64,000 bases of DNA, from the NCBI GenBank assembly GCA_043228905.1, contig JBHGNT010000011.1:18414001-18478000 (forward strand). Direction: 5' to 3'. This document shows positions 24,401 to 37,275 of the stretch, piece by piece. Below the pieces are notes generated by a model, which saw only the letters and a program-made list of their open reading frames with translations, made no database searches and was not told where the DNA came from. How positions within the stretch are numbered: the first letter of the stretch is position 1; each line of letters begins with the position of its first letter. The stretch comes from Azolla caroliniana (lineage: Eukaryota; Plantae; Polypodiophyta). Made by a program: the position numbers and the translations under genes.

Positions 24401-24984
24401 GATTATTACCCTATGCCTTGTGGGCCGATAGAACGACACATAGCTCGGTCACAGGGTATATGCCGACAGAGCTTATCTATGGACAAAAGCCGATTATGCC
24501 CATCGAAAGGACGATCGCCTCATGGGTAGCGATACCGTGGGAGAACGAGATGAGCCGAGAAGAGTTATTAGCGGCGCGGATAAGGCAACTTGAAAGAAGA
24601 CCTGAAGATTTAGAAAAAGCGCAAAAGATGATGAAGGCAGCCCGAGTAAAGAACAAAGTTCGATTCGACAACACGCATCGGCTTCGTCCCAAGAAGATTG
24701 AAGAAGGGGATTGGGTTTTGGTTTACGACAGCACCCTTGACAATCAACACAGTACAACAAGGAAGTTCGCAAGAAGATGGTTCGGGTCGTATGTGGTGAC
24801 AAGTGCCAACGATAATGCCACATACCACCTTGCGGAACTAGACGGATCAAGGTTGGCCGTACCCATTGCGGGAAAAAGAGTAAAGATTTTCAAGAAAAGA
24901 CAAGACAAGGATCCTGACCTCGGTTACCTCGACGATGAACATAATGGGGTGGATGAAAATGAAGACATGGAGGAATCTAATTGA
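21496..24984 (+). pseudogene. D Pol (RT, RNase H, integrase) with in-frame stops
   Basis: ORFs 21670-23769, 23803-24231 and 24238-24984 share one frame, are separated by TGA codons and are colinear with C Pol. Confidence 0.92.
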
Positions 24985-26126
24985 TCATCGTAGCCGAAAT
25001 CTCACTTTCTCTCTTCTTGGCACGTACCGGAGGACGTGCGGTTTGGTGGGGGTGGATGTCGTGAAGATTTTCGGCAATAGTGTGAAAATCCCATAAAACG
25101 TACGAAATCGAGTATGAATCACATAGTACAATAATTGTGAAGATAACATTTTAAATAGATTTAATATCGAAGTACAAAATGATGGAGTTTTCGAATGCAC
25201 TTTATTACACGAGAAACGGACAACTAAATGTCAAGATATGAGGGTATAAAGTTTGTGAAAGGAAAAGAGAAAATTGTGAGATATCCCACATAGGCACGAC
25301 AAATACAGCTCTCATCATATATAAGGTGGAGCAAAAGATATTATCTTTGTGTCTATGTGTGGAGCATAGAGAGTTTAAGGTAACTTGAACTAAGAGTGGA
25401 GGTGGGCTAGCTACTTGTAAAGGGTTTTGGCCAACCAAAACCGGACCGGCGATGGAGCCGGTGATCCGGCGGCATCCGACGGCAATCTGGAGACGACATC
25501 CGGCGAGGCACCAGTAACCGATGGCATCCGGCGACGGTATCCGGCGTCCGGCGACTAGATAAATAAATATATAAATATATATACATATTTACATATACAA
25601 GGAGGGCAAGTAAGGATTCAAACCTTGCACCTCCAAGTTAGGAGTCAATTGGCTTACCATTAAGCCATGCTATTTAGTTGAAATTATATTTCTATCATTG
25701 TACTTTTACATGTAAATTCTCATACATGAGAGCTAAAATGAGTGACATGGTTATCATGCACCACATGTAAAACATAAGCGCCAAATGGCAAACATGCAAT
25801 TTATGCATGTCTTGTACCCTCACATGCATCATATGCATAAGAGCATCTATAAAAGAGGGAAGGGGGAGGAGAAAAAACACGGTTTTTTTTTATTATGAAA
25901 TTAAGAAGAAGAAATTCGTTATCAAATTGATGGTGTAACTTGTTTCTTAAATCCAAAGATAAAAAGTTCAATCGATCTTTCTCAATCGTTTAATCTCAAC
26001 TTCTCTCTTTCCCAATCTATCTTAAGTACTTTCTCACCAAAGCTTGTATCGACTCTAAATCCTTCTGGTTCAGAACCCCGGCGGTTCCGCCTCACGATCC
26101 GCGCGTAGTGACGGATCTTCACGACA

Positions 26127-28064
26127 GCGTCAAGGTAATTGGCCTACCTCAGCTTATGCTACGGATTTCCATCTTCTCACCACCGATATTCCTTGGGATG
26201 ACCAAGCATTGATGGAGCAATTTCTCTATGGCCTATGTAATGACGTCAAGGATTTACTCTTGACTTTCCCCGAAGAACCAAAGTTGCTCACAGAAGCAAT
26301 CGGTCGAGCAGTATGATGCAATAATCACCTTCTCGAACGATGTTCGAAACGTCAGTTCCAAATGCCAAGGACAAGATTAGAGCCCACCTATGCCTTAGTT
26401 GTAACAAAACCTTTTCCAAGGGAGTCATATAATGCGTCTTTGGCAAATACTCCAACACCAATGGAAATCGACACCACACGTCGTCATGAACCATTATCGA
26501 AAAAGGAAAAGCAACGACGCCGAACAAATCGACTATGTCTATATTGCGGTGGACCGGGGCATATTGGAGTAAATTGTCCCCATAGGCCAAGAGGACAAGT
26601 AAATCAAGTAATCGTTAGTATTAAACCGGAGTCTATTTCATTAGGAATGTCTAATGATCCTAGTAGTCCAAGTTTATCCAATAAATTTGAAGTCCTTAAT
26701 CAACTAGGAGAAGAGTTAAACAATTGAGTCCACCCAAAATAGGAGCCATTTGGTTGGACAGCCCTGAACCTGTGCAACCCATTAGTGGTTCCATTCCCTC
26801 GAAGCAAGTTAGCAAGGTGTTCTTAGCTCAAGTAGCACTTAGTACTAAAAGTAATCCTCCAGTACATGTCTTAGCACTCTTCGATTCCGGAGCCAATTCT
26901 TGTTTCATGGATAGGAATTTTGCCCAAGTTCATCAGATATCCCTAAGAAAGCTTCCTTGGCCAGCTTCTATAGTAGCCATTGATGGTCGTCCCATTGCTT
27001 CTAAAAATATCGTAGAAGAGTCAGAGTCGGTTCGTGTTGTCATTTTGGCGTGTGAAATATCATTTAATATAATTAGTAGTCCAAAGCATCCAATTGTCTT
27101 AGGGTTACCATGGTTTGAATTACACAACCCCGAAATCGATTGGAGAACAAGAAAATCAGGTATCGTCAACCTCGAGGATCTACTCATAGAATTTCAACCA
27201 TTTCGCTACATCAATTGCGTGAGGAAGGACGCAAGGAACCAAAGTTTGTATTCACAGTATCATGGAAACCTTCCAGTATCACTAGGGAGGAGTCAACAAT
27301 TCAACTTCCGAAGAAGTATCACCATTATGCCGACGTTTTTGACAAGGTAAAAGCTAGTACTCTTCCTCAACATTGACTGTATGATTGTCCTATTAATTTA
27401 CAACTAGGAAAAGAACCACCGTGGGGACCAATCTACAACTTGTCACAAAGCGAGCTTGAAGTTCTTCGAGCCTACATAGAGGAAAATATGGCAAATGGGT
27501 TCATTCGACATTCAAAATCTCCAGCTAGTGCACCCATCTTCTTTGTGAAGAGAAAGGATGGATCACTTTGCCTAGTCCTTAATTACCGTGGCTTGAATAA
27601 GGTCACCATTAGGAATAGGTATGCACTTCCTCTGAGCTTGAGTTTTCTAGAAAGGATTAATGGTGCAAAGTTTTTCCCTAACATCGACTTACGAGGAGCA
27701 TATAACCTCGTACGGATCCGATCGGGAGATGAATGGAAGACAACTTTCCGCACCCAATATGGGCACTTTGAATATACAGTTATGTAGTTCAGCCTCACCA
27801 GTGCATCGACAGTTTTCCAACACATGGTAAATGATATATTCTGAGTTGGATAATCTACTAGTTTATTCAAAAACACAGGAGGAGCATGATTCTCATGTAT
27901 AATTAGTACTAAAACGACTATGAGAACATGGTCTTTATGCAAAATTGTAGAAATGTAGTTTTGATTGTAAACAGGTGGAATTTCTAGGCTATGTCATCTC
28001 CTTGAAAAGAATCTCTATGGATCCAGCTAAGGTCGAAACTGTGTTAGAGTGGCAGATTCCACGT
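26127..28064 (+). pseudogene. Element A gag C-terminus, protease and RT (disrupted)
   Basis: CCHC knuckle, [36 protein letters not shown]; stops and frameshifts. Confidence 0.88.
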
Positions 28065-28803
28065 TGTCGTGAAGAAAACCGCCCACAAGAGGAATCGGAG
28101 GAACAAGGCGTGGGAAACGGCTCTACACACACCCGCGCGCCAAGAAGTACCTAAGGACGAAGTAGGTACATACGAGGATCCTAGGTGGGTAGATTCGGTT
28201 GGTATGCAGTTAATGCCAAACGGCCTCTTGACGGGCTATAAAAGGAAGAGGAAGACTAGAAGTGGTGGTATCTCGCGCGGAGAGGACGAAGTGCTGCCGA
28301 ACCGATTTCGGAGCTTCTCTCTCACTCCTGCCTTCTCTGTCTTCTGCTCCATCGCGTACCTGTGCAGGTTTCGAGGAGGCTTGCGCTGTTCCGTGGAACG
28401 CCCCGAGCGCGTCCTGCAGCACCTCCGACCTGTTTTCCCTTTCTGTGCGTCGCAACATACAGGGGTCGGCATCTGTTCGCCGCCCTGTTCGTTTTCGTTA
28501 GTATCTATTTCGTGCCCCACCGTGGGTTGTAATACTTTAGTCTGTTATTTTCTTGCATTCATAAGTACATATCTTTCGTTGTTGCGTCCATCTGCGTCGG
28601 CGTTTATTTGTGATCTCTGTTTGTTGGGCCGTGTCCCTATGCAATCTTCGGTTCTGTGTAATCGGGTCTCTCTCTCTTACTCCTCTCTCTCCTGCTCTTC
28701 GGTCCAAGACCCCCGTGGTCCCTCCTCCTTTCTGCACGCAAGGGCGTAGCAACCCCCACATCTTGGTGAACCCGACGTGAAAGAGGCGGCAGAAGAGTAG
28801 GAA

Positions 28804-30930
28804 ATGAAGGGGGCGGATCTTGCAGAGGCCATGGCTTCGGCCGTGGATCGGATAGTAAGCGCGCGCGAGGGCACCGGCGCCCTCGATAGAGCTATTGAGG
28901 CGGTCGTCGGAACGATCGGTCGATTCACCGGAAAAGATGCCACGAAGTACCTGGCGTCCTACGGTGCGGAAATGTTAATGCGGGACATTCCGGAAGACAG
29001 GCGTCTTGCCGGTTTTCCCCGAGTGGCGATGCCGAGCATCCACGCGGAGGTGCTCGAGGTGCGGGCGGAGAGCCGTACCTGGGAGGAGTTCGAAGGTCGG
29101 CTCCTGGAAAAATACGGACTGGACGACGCGCTCCGGCTTTCGAAGCGAAGCTTCATGGAGTGGGTGGAGTCTCCCGGGAAAGGAAGGAATGCGTCGGCAC
29201 TCCTCCGGGAGTTCGAGGAGAACTTCGCGCGCCTTTCGGCGCTTGACAGGATGGTCCTGGATACAAGCCGGGTCCTGCTGTTCGTCAAATCGGTTGACGA
29301 GAGGGATCGGAGTCACGTGGGCGCCCTGCTAGAAACCGAAGACGGGCTGACAGCCGACTGGGCGGCGGTCAAGAGAGCCTGCGGCCGTTTTGACAAACGG
29401 CGAGAATGGGAGGATGACAGAGCAACCGGGTCGGGCTCAGTCGCGGCGAGGATACTCGAGCCGGCGCAGCCGGTGCGAAGGGAAGAGACTCGGGAGTGGC
29501 TGGAATCCGGTTCAGCTCCGACCGGCGTGATCAGAGGCACGACTGGAGGAGCTGCGTTGGAGGAACTGACGAGGGCGATAAAAGACCTCCAAATCGCACA
29601 AGCCCGCAGAGAAGGCGGAGGACCTGCTCGTGACCGACGGCCGGCGGCGGGGAACAGGTGCATGTGGTGCGACGGGGTCGGCCACATCCGAAAAGACTGC
29701 GGCGATTTCGCAGAGGCGCTGAAGAACCGGGTGGTATACCTATGGGAAGGCCGGGTTCACGCCAACGACACGAGAAGGGCCCTAAACCGAAACGACGGGC
29801 GAGGCGGAATGAAGAGGTTGATGGAAGAGGCGGCGGCCCGACATGCGGAAACCGTCCACTACTCGGCGTCGGCCGGTATTCGAGTCGGGGGCAACGAGGC
29901 CCGAAGAGGAAGCAAAGCCGGATTCTGGCCGACGGTGCTGGAAGGCCTTGCCGATACGAGGATGAAGAGGGAGGAATCGGACCGTGCGGAGAAACGGGTA
30001 CGGGAGATGACCGGGTGGAGCGACCCGGTCGAGGAAAAGACGGGCTTCGTGGAAGCCGCTTGCCGGAACTACGAGGCTCTGGTAGAAGAGAAGCGGGTGG
30101 GGAAACCCGGGACGACCGGGCCCTCACAACGATACGAGACCCGGTCCGGGCCACGACGGGACGAAGCCGGCGGGGCCGGTACGCAAGATAAACCCCAGAA
30201 GGGCGGGTACCGTCTGGGGACGGAGATAGAAAGAACCACGGACTTACGAAAGGTCCTGGAGGAACGGATCCTCGACAGCAAGGTGGAGCTGTCGCTACGG
30301 GAGGTGCTGGGAATCGCCAAGAAGGAGTTCCACGACTCCATCGTGGACTTGGTGAAACGGAAGAGGCTGTCAACGGAGACAGAACCGGAAAGACCGGTGG
30401 AAGTACGGACGACGCACCTAGACGACATGGCGCTGGGAGACGAGTGGGCGGAAAGCCACTATTCGAGACCGCACTGGGCCCGAGCGACCACGGAAACCCC
30501 GGTGAAGATCGGCGATGTCCAGGAACCGGTGATAGCTTTGGTAGACCACGGATCGGAGATCAATTTGATGTCCATGGACTTCTATAAGAAGGGCAAATGG
30601 CCGATCAACACCAAGCACGGGTGGAAAATAAGGGCAGCAACGCGCGCCACCGAGGAACTGCACGGGGCCTGTCCGAATGTGCGAGTCAAGATCGGCGACG
30701 TCGAGATTGACCAGCACTTCTTCGTGCAGGAGACGTCCTCGCATCCGGTCATACTGGGAGAGCCGTACATCACGGCGGCGCGAATGGAGACCAAGGTGCT
30801 GGACAATGGTTCGGCCTATGCGCGGGTCAAGAGCCAGGACGGGCGCCATTCGGTCCAGTTTTTGACGGTTAGGCCGAACCACGAGCGTAACCGCGACTCC
30901 CTCGGTTCCGATAACCGAGAGGATTTTTAG
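28804..30930 (+). CDS. C2 Gag-protease (708 aa)
   Basis: Translation matches the C1 ORF. Confidence 0.93.
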   Translation: MKGADLAEAMASAVDRIVSAREGTGALDRAIEAVVGTIGRFTGKDATKYLASYGAEMLMRDIPEDRRLAGFPRVAMPSIHAEVLEVRAESRTWEEFEGRLLEKYGLDDALRLSKRSFMEWVESPGKGRNASALLREFEENFARLSALDRMVLDTSRVLLFVKSVDERDRSHVGALLETEDGLTADWAAVKRACGRFDKRREWEDDRATGSGSVAARILEPAQPVRREETREWLESGSAPTGVIRGTTGGAALEELTRAIKDLQIAQARREGGGPARDRRPAAGNRCMWCDGVGHIRKDCGDFAEALKNRVVYLWEGRVHANDTRRALNRNDGRGGMKRLMEEAAARHAETVHYSASAGIRVGGNEARRGSKAGFWPTVLEGLADTRMKREESDRAEKRVREMTGWSDPVEEKTGFVEAACRNYEALVEEKRVGKPGTTGPSQRYETRSGPRRDEAGGAGTQDKPQKGGYRLGTEIERTTDLRKVLEERILDSKVELSLREVLGIAKKEFHDSIVDLVKRKRLSTETEPERPVEVRTTHLDDMALGDEWAESHYSRPHWARATTETPVKIGDVQEPVIALVDHGSEINLMSMDFYKKGKWPINTKHGWKIRAATRATEELHGACPNVRVKIGDVEIDQHFFVQETSSHPVILGEPYITAARMETKVLDNGSAYARVKSQDGRHSVQFLTVRPNHERNRDSLGSDNREDF

Positions 30931-33900
30931 AGAGGGCTGCCAAGGCGTGGGGCCGCGACAGTCCGGACACCCCGGGAAAACCCCACACCTGTACGATAAA
31001 ACCGAAGAAACCTTGTACCATAGGTAGGGAATTTTTGTTCTCCGACAGCGGAGCGTGTACGATAGCCGGCATCGGCGGCCGAGAGAAGACAAAGGCGGAG
31101 GGGAGACTTCGAGCGTGCGGAGTTCTCGGCCCTGACGAGGAAATCAACGGAGCCGTGGAGGCGGTCTCATTCGACGACACCTTGGGAATGCTGGGAAAGG
31201 TAGTCGAAGAAGGCCTTAACGAAGACCGGACGATACCGGTGTGTTCCGAGGAGATGTACGAAGTCATCGCGGACTTCGGTCGAGGGCTCGAGTCGGTTCG
31301 GACGGCCCACGTAAGCACCAAGTACAAGACTGTGGACCGGAAGGTAAGGCCAGTCGCGGCACCCTTACCGGAGGACAGCGCGTCGAGAATCAAAGGGGTT
31401 GCATCGGACCCTAGTCTACGAGATCCGGCCTGCATAGGACACACCTTCACCGACGAGACGCTCCGAGAGCTCAAAATCGGTGGGGGCGGGTCCCTACTGC
31501 CGGCGGAGGAAGACCGGTTTCGGAGAATGCTCGGAAGGCACGGGAAAGCCTTCGCATTCTCGCCGGAGGAAATCGGGTGCGTTGACCCGACGATCGTGGA
31601 GCCGATGGTGATATTCACGGTACCGCATGTACCATGGAATCTCAAGCCAATCCCGGTTCCGAGAGCTCACATCCCGAAGTTGATGGAGCTGCTGAGGCAG
31701 AAAGTTGATATGGGAATTCTCGAGCCGTCGAGCGCCCCATATTCGAATCGATGGTTTACCGTACCAAAGAAAAACGGTTCGTTGCGCTTCATCCAGGACC
31801 TGCAGCCGGTCAATCGAGTGACCATTCGGAACGCAGGGATCGGACCGACCATAGACGAGTTCGCGGAGGCCTTCGCCGGAAGGTCAATTTACTCGGTCGG
31901 GGATCTATACTCAGGGTACGACCAGTTCCAGCTAGCCGTGGAGAGCAGAGACATTACGACGATGCGAACTCCCCTCGGCCTAGTTCGGATGTGTACACTG
32001 CCGCAAGGAGGGACCAACTCGGTGGCCCACATGGTGAATGCGATGAACAAGGTTCTGAGGGACTGTATCCCGGACATCACCATGCCGTTTCTGGACGACA
32101 TCCCGATCAAGGGATGCCCGGTGGAAGAAAAGGACGAGACGATCGGGCCGGACGGATGCCGACGATTCGTGGCGACGCACATCGACGACTGCGAGAAGGT
32201 GCTGCAAAGGCTAGAGGATGCGAGACTCACCTTCTCCGGGGAGAAGTCGGCCTTCGGGCAGTCAGAAATCATGGTGGTCGGACACCTGTGCGGACCATAT
32301 GGCCGGAAACCGTCTCCGGCAAAGGTAGAAGCCATCTCCGCGATGAAGCTCGACTGCAGCTCGGTCACGGAAGTACGGAGATTCCTGGGGGCATGCGCGT
32401 TCTACCACATATGGATCCCGCATTACGCACACGTCGCGGAGCCACTGTACGGGTTGCTGAAAAAGGGGCGAAGGTTCGAATGGCTAGACGAGCACGCGGA
32501 ATCGGTCCGGAAGCTGAAAGAGGCCCTTGCAGCGGCACCGGCACTCCGGAAGGCGGTATACGGGAAGGATACCCCGGTATTCATAACGGTGGATACCAGT
32601 CCGACCGGGATCGGATGGGTCGTGAACCAGGAAGACGAGGACGGCAATCGGTTTCCGATCCGATTCGGCGCGAAAGTCCTCAGTGAACGGCAGCAAGGAT
32701 ACGCCCAGGTTAAACGCGAACTCTGGGGTATTGTTTCGGCGGTTAAGGCCGACAAAGACTACCTGATAGGGACAGAAGTGATCATCGAGACGGATTGCCT
32801 GCCGATTCTCGGTATGGTTTCCGGATGCGCGACTCCGGATCTGGCGATGCTCAGGTGGATAGCGTACATCAAGTCCCTGGACCCGGAAATACGACACATT
32901 TCCGGGAAAGACAACGCCATGGCCGACATGCTTTCGAGGGCGAGGTTCGACGACGAGGGCGGCATGGTTTCGGAAGACGAAGAAGTCGGCGTGGATTTCT
33001 TCGAGGCGGCATACATAACGACCGACGGGATGAGCACTCCGGCGCTTAATGAGTTCGACGCGAGCAAGTACGACGGGGAGTGGCTGCAGATCGGCGGGTT
33101 TTTGAAGACAATGACGCCCGATGCGTCATGGACGAAGGACGAGGCCAACCGGATCCGGAAGAAAGCATATCGATTCTTTCTCCGAGATGGGCATTTGTGG
33201 AAGCACCCGAAGAAGAGGAACGGCGTCCCGCTCCGGGTGGTGGCGATGAAGGAAGAACAGGAGGAGCTACTGGCGGCCTACCACGACAGCCCTTGGGCTG
33301 GACACCGTGGAACGTGGGCGACATTTGAGAAGCTGAAGGGGAAGTACTGGTGGCCGGGATTGTACCAGGACGTGCATCGGTTCGTGACAACTTGCGAGAG
33401 CTGCCAGATGCACTCCATAGTCCGACATCGAGACGAGCTTCACCCTACGTACCCTCCGGCCATCCATTTCAAATGGATGGTGGATCTGGTGACGATGCCG
33501 ATGGGGGTAGGACAGATGCGGTATCTGGTCCTAGCGCGGGAAGACCTGACGAACCAGGTGGAAGGCCGAGCCCTTCAGAACAAGACGACCGCGGCCGTGT
33601 GTCGGTTCCTGATCGAGGACGTGATATGCCGGTACGGGTGCGTCGGGAAGATCGTGGCTGACCGAGGGGAGTTGGACGCCGAGGAAGCCGCGGAGCTGTT
33701 CGATCGGCTGGGAGTCAAACTCTCGCTCACCACTGCGTACAACCCGGAGGCGAATGGAAAGGTGGAGCGCGGACACGGGCCGATCGTTAAAGCGCTGGTT
33801 CGGGCATGCGGAGGCCAAGTCGGTAACTGGCCGCGACTTCTACCTTATGCTTTGTGGGCCGACCGGACTACGCACAGTTCGGTAACCGGGTACATGCCGA

Positions 33901-34418
33901 CAGAGCTCATGTTCGGCCAGGGGCCGATCATGCCGATGGAACGAACAATCTCCTCATGGGCAACGGTCGACTGGAGGGACGAGATGAGCCGGGAGGAGTT
34001 GTTGGCAGCGCGTATACGACAACTCGAACGGAGACCGGAGGACGTGGAGACGGCTGCAGAAAGGATCCGAGTGGCGAGGATAAAGAACAAAGCCAGGTTC
34101 GACCGAACGCACCGACTCCGACCGAAGAAGATCGAACAAGGTGACTGGGTGCTCGTCTACGACAGCAGCCTCGACAACCAGCACCGAGCAACGCGGAAGT
34201 TCGCACGGAGATGGTTCGGGCCGTACACGGTACAAAGCGCCAACGACAACGGGACGTATCATCTGGCGGAACTCGACGGTACGAGAATAGCGATACCCGT
34301 GGCTGGGAAGAGGATCAAAGCTTTCAAGAAGCGGCACGACGACGAACCCGACCTGATTCTCCTGGACAGCAGCGACGACCGATCCGAGGCCGAGGAAGGG
34401 CCGGCAGGCGAAGAGTAA
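30927..34418 (+). CDS. C2 Pol (RT, RNase H, integrase), predicted -1 frameshift; ORF track start 31035
   Basis: Translation matches C1 Pol. Confidence 0.93.
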   Translation, partial: LERAAKAWGRDSPDTPGKPHTCTIKPKKPCTIGREFLFSDSGACTIAGIGGREKTKAEGRLRACGVLGPDEEINGAVEAVSFDDTLGMLGKVVEEGLNEDRTIPVCSEEMYEVIADFGRGLESVRTAHVSTKYKTVDRKVRPVAAPLPEDSASRIKGVASDPSLRDPACIGHTFTDETLRELKIGGGGSLLPAEEDRFRRMLGRHGKAFAFSPEEIGCVDPTIVEPMVIFTVPHVPWNLKPIPVPRAHIPKLMELLRQKVDMGILEPSSAPYSNRWFTVPKKNGSLRFIQDLQPVNRVTIRNAGIGPTIDEFAEAFAGRSIYSVGDLYSGYDQFQLAVESRDITTMRTPLGLVRMCTLPQGGTNSVAHMVNAMNKVLRDCIPDITMPFLDDIPIKGCPVEEKDETIGPDGCRRFVATHIDDCEKVLQRLEDARLTFSGEKSAFGQSEIMVVGHLCGPYGRKPSPAKVEAISAMKLDCSSVTEVRRFLGACAFYHIWIPHYAHVAEPLYGLLKKGRRFEWLDEHAESVRKLKEALAAAPALRKAVYGKDTPVFITVDTSPTGIGWVVNQEDEDGNRFPIRFGAKVLSERQQGYAQVKRELWGIVSAVKADKDYLIGTEVIIETDCLPILGMVSGCATPDLAMLRWIAYIKSLDPEIRHISGKDNAMADMLSRARFDDEGGMVSEDEEVGVDFFEAAYITTDGMSTPALNEFDASKYDGEWLQIGGFLKTMTPDASWTKDEANRIRKKAYRFFLRDGHLWKHPKKRNGVPLRVVAMKEEQEELLAAYHDSPWAGHRGTWATFEKLKGKYWWPGLYQDVHRFVTTCESCQMHSIVRHRDELHPTYPPAIHFKWMVDLVTMPMGVGQMRYLVLAREDLTNQVEGRALQNKTTAAVCRFLIEDVICRYGCVGKIVADRGELDAEEAAELFDRLGVKLSLTTAYNPEANGKVERGHGPIVKALVRACGGQVGNWPRLLPYALWADRTTHSSVTGYMPTELMFGQGPIMPMERTISSWATVDWRDEMSREELLAARIRQLERRPEDVETAAERIRVARIKNKARFDRTHRLRPKKIEQGDWVLVYDSSLDNQHRATRKFARRWFGPYTVQSANDNGTYHLAELDGTRIAIPVAGKRIKAFKKRHDDEPDLILLDSSDDRSEAEEGPAGEE

Positions 34419-35186
34419 AGGCGGGCCGGTTTTCTCCGTGCCAACTTAATTTGGCGCATGCCGGTGGATGCGCGGTTAGGTGGGGGCGGATGTCGTGAAG
34501 AAAACCGCCCACAAGAGGAATCGGAGGAACAAGGCGTGGGAAACGGCTCTACACACACCCGCGCGCCAAGAAGTACCTAAGGACGAAGTAGGTACATACG
34601 AGGATCCTAGGTGGGTAGATTCGGTTGGTATGCAGTTAATGCCAAACGGCCTCTTGACGGGCTATAAAAGGAAGAGAAAGACTAGAAGTGGTGGTATCTC
34701 GCGCGGAGAGGACGAAGTGCTGCCGAACCGATTTCGGAGCTTCTCTCTCACTCCTGCCTTCTCTGTCTTCTGCTCCATCGCGTACCTGTGCAGGTTTCGA
34801 GGAGGCTTGCGCTGTTCCGTGGAACGCCCCGAGCGCGTCCTGCAGCACCTCCGACCTGTTTTCCCTTTCTGTGCGTCGCAACATACAGGGGTCGGCATCT
34901 GTTCGCCGCCCTGTTCGTTTTCGTTAGTATCTATTTCGTGCCCCACCGTGGGTTGTAATACTTTAGTCTGTTATTTTCTTGCATTCATAAGTACATATCT
35001 TTCGTTGTTGCGTCCATCTGCGTCGGCGTTTATTTGTGATCTCTGTTTGTTGGGCCGTGTCCCTATGCAATCTTCGGTTCTGTGTAATCGGGTCTCTCTC
35101 TCTTACTCCTCTCTCTCCTGCTCTTCGGTCCAAGACCCCCGTGGTCCCTCCTCCTTTCTGCACGCAAGGGCGTAGCAACCCCCACA

Positions 35187-37275
35187 ACGTTCATTGTGAG
35201 ATGTGTAATGCTTTTTAGGTTTCACAAATTTCTATCGCAAGTTTATAAAGGACTATTCACATCTTATTTTGCCTCTCACATAGCTTACAAAGAAGGGGCA
35301 ATCGTTTGTTTGGTCTAAGGAAGCGGACACGTCTTTTGTGGATCTCAAGAAAGCATTTACATCAGCCCCTATTCTAACTTGACATGTTGATCCGCAAAAA
35401 CCATTTATCATTGAGGCAGACACGTCGGATTTCGCGCTCGGTAGTATTTTGTCACAGCAAGGCGATGATGAGAAGCTACATCTCATAGTTTTCCACTCAC
35501 GCAAATTTGACACCGCCGAAATCAACTACGAGATATATGATAAGGAGCTATTAGCAATAGTGGACTCTTGTGCAGAATGGAGGCATTTCTTAGAAAGATC
35601 TCCTCATCAAGCCATTGTATTTAGTGATCACAAGAATCTTGCCTACTTCCAGAATGCTCGTGTATTAAATAGAAGACAAGCTCGGTGGCCCCAGTTCCTC
35701 ACTCGTTTCGCCTTCAAGATTACATACCGTTCGGGCAAGTAATCATAGGTCCGACACGACTACAAGCAACATTGGTTTTTAACACTCCATTAGATTCCTG
35801 CCTTAATTGATACCATACACGAAGATTTGAAGACAAATGTTTGCGCTCAAGCTATTCTAGATCAAATTGATTCCTCTCATGCATCCTGTTCACGGTCACA
35901 ACAACAAGGTACGGATTATCAACAATTAGCATTTCATGATGGATTACTCTTCTTTAAGAAACTTTTGTATGTTCGCAATGGTTCATGTCGTCTTCGAGTA
36001 GTTCAAAATTGTCATGACACATACATAGTTGGACATTTTGGTAGTACTGAAACGTTGGATTTAGTACAACGATCATTTTGATGGTCGCATATGCGAAGAT
36101 TTGTCAAAGACTATTTGTGGACATGTGATACATGTTGTAGAGTGAAGATGCCCAGACATCATCCATATGGTTTATTGGAGCCATTGCCCATTCCCAGCAA
36201 GCCGTGGCAATCTATTTCTCTAGTTTTTATCACAAATCTTCTGGATTCGAAGGGCTTCAACGTGATATTTATAGTGGTCGATCGGTACACTAAGATGGCA
36301 CATTTCTTGCCCTGTACTAAAGAAATCACTAGTGAAGATACTTCAGGAATTGTTATGTGAAGTATTTCGGAATCATGGTCTTTCTGATAGTATCATTAGT
36401 GATCATGGACAACAATTCGTCTCTAAATTTTGGAAGCATCTCTTCAAAATGCTCAAGGTCACATGCAACCTCTCCTCCGGATATCATCCCCAAACAGATG
36501 GTCAAGTAGAATGTACAAATCAAACGTTGGAACAATATCTTCGGTGTTTTTTAAGCTATCAACAATATGATTGGGCAAATATTCTACATTTTGTTGAGTT
36601 TGCTTATAGTAATTCTATCCACTCCTCCACTAGGGTTACTGTAACACTATTCTATGCTTATACAAGCCATCATCCTCATTGGTGTGTATTAGAAACTCCT
36701 GAGTTACCCACAAATCCTCGTGTAGAGAATCATTTGGAGCGGCTACGCAAGATTTAGGCAGAACTATCTACCCACCTATATCAAGGCCAACAAACATAGA
36801 AGCATTATGCGGATCGTCACCGGATTCCATCCTATTTTGATATTGGAGATTGAGTATGGGTATTACAACGGCACGTAAAAACTACTCGACCATGTGACAA
36901 ATTGGATTATCGACGGTTAGGGCCTTTTCGTATTAACAGAAAAATTAATGATGTCACTTTTTGCCTTGATCTACCTCCGCAACTACGGATACATCCAGTA
37001 TTTCATAGTTCTCTTCCAAAACCCTATCAAGACAACACTATTCCCAATCGTATTACACCACCTCCACCCCTGATTGAACTTGAAAATGGACCTGAGTACA
37101 AGGTTGCTGTCATCCTCGATTCCAAGATTGTTCGCAACAAGCTCTACTATTTGGTCGATTGGCTAGTCTATAGTCCAAGCGAGCGTACTTGGGAACCAAT
37201 AGAGAATGTGGCCAATGCTTGAGCTCTTCTTAAAGACTTCCAACATCAATATCTAGTTAAACCAGGTTCTCAATG
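35187..37275 (+). pseudogene. Element A RNase H, integrase and chromodomain (disrupted)
   Basis: IEADTSDFALG, NYEIYDKELLAIV, YHPQTDGQVE, RLGPFRI, EYKVAVILDSK...YYLVDW...TWEP. Confidence 0.88.

Larger units (their letters stand above)
17824..26126 (+). mobile_element. Element D: Ty3/gypsy relative of C, disrupted
   Basis: LTRs 17824-18817 and 25057-26126 with 12-bp terminal inverted repeats TGTCGTGAAGAT/ATCTTCACGACA; tRNA-Trp PBS 18826-18843; TSD GCGT at 17820-17823 and 26127-26130. Confidence 0.95.
28065..35186 (+). mobile_element. Element C2: second intact copy of family C, 7122 bp
   Basis: LTRs 28065-28760 and 34491-35186; tRNA-Trp PBS 28764-28781; TSD ACGT at 28061-28064 and 35187-35190. 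Confidence 0.97.

Noticed and set aside
28065-35186. C2 as an assembly artefact or segmental duplication of C1
   Set aside because: Similarity stops exactly at the LTR termini, each copy has its own TSD and flanks, and there are private substitutions.
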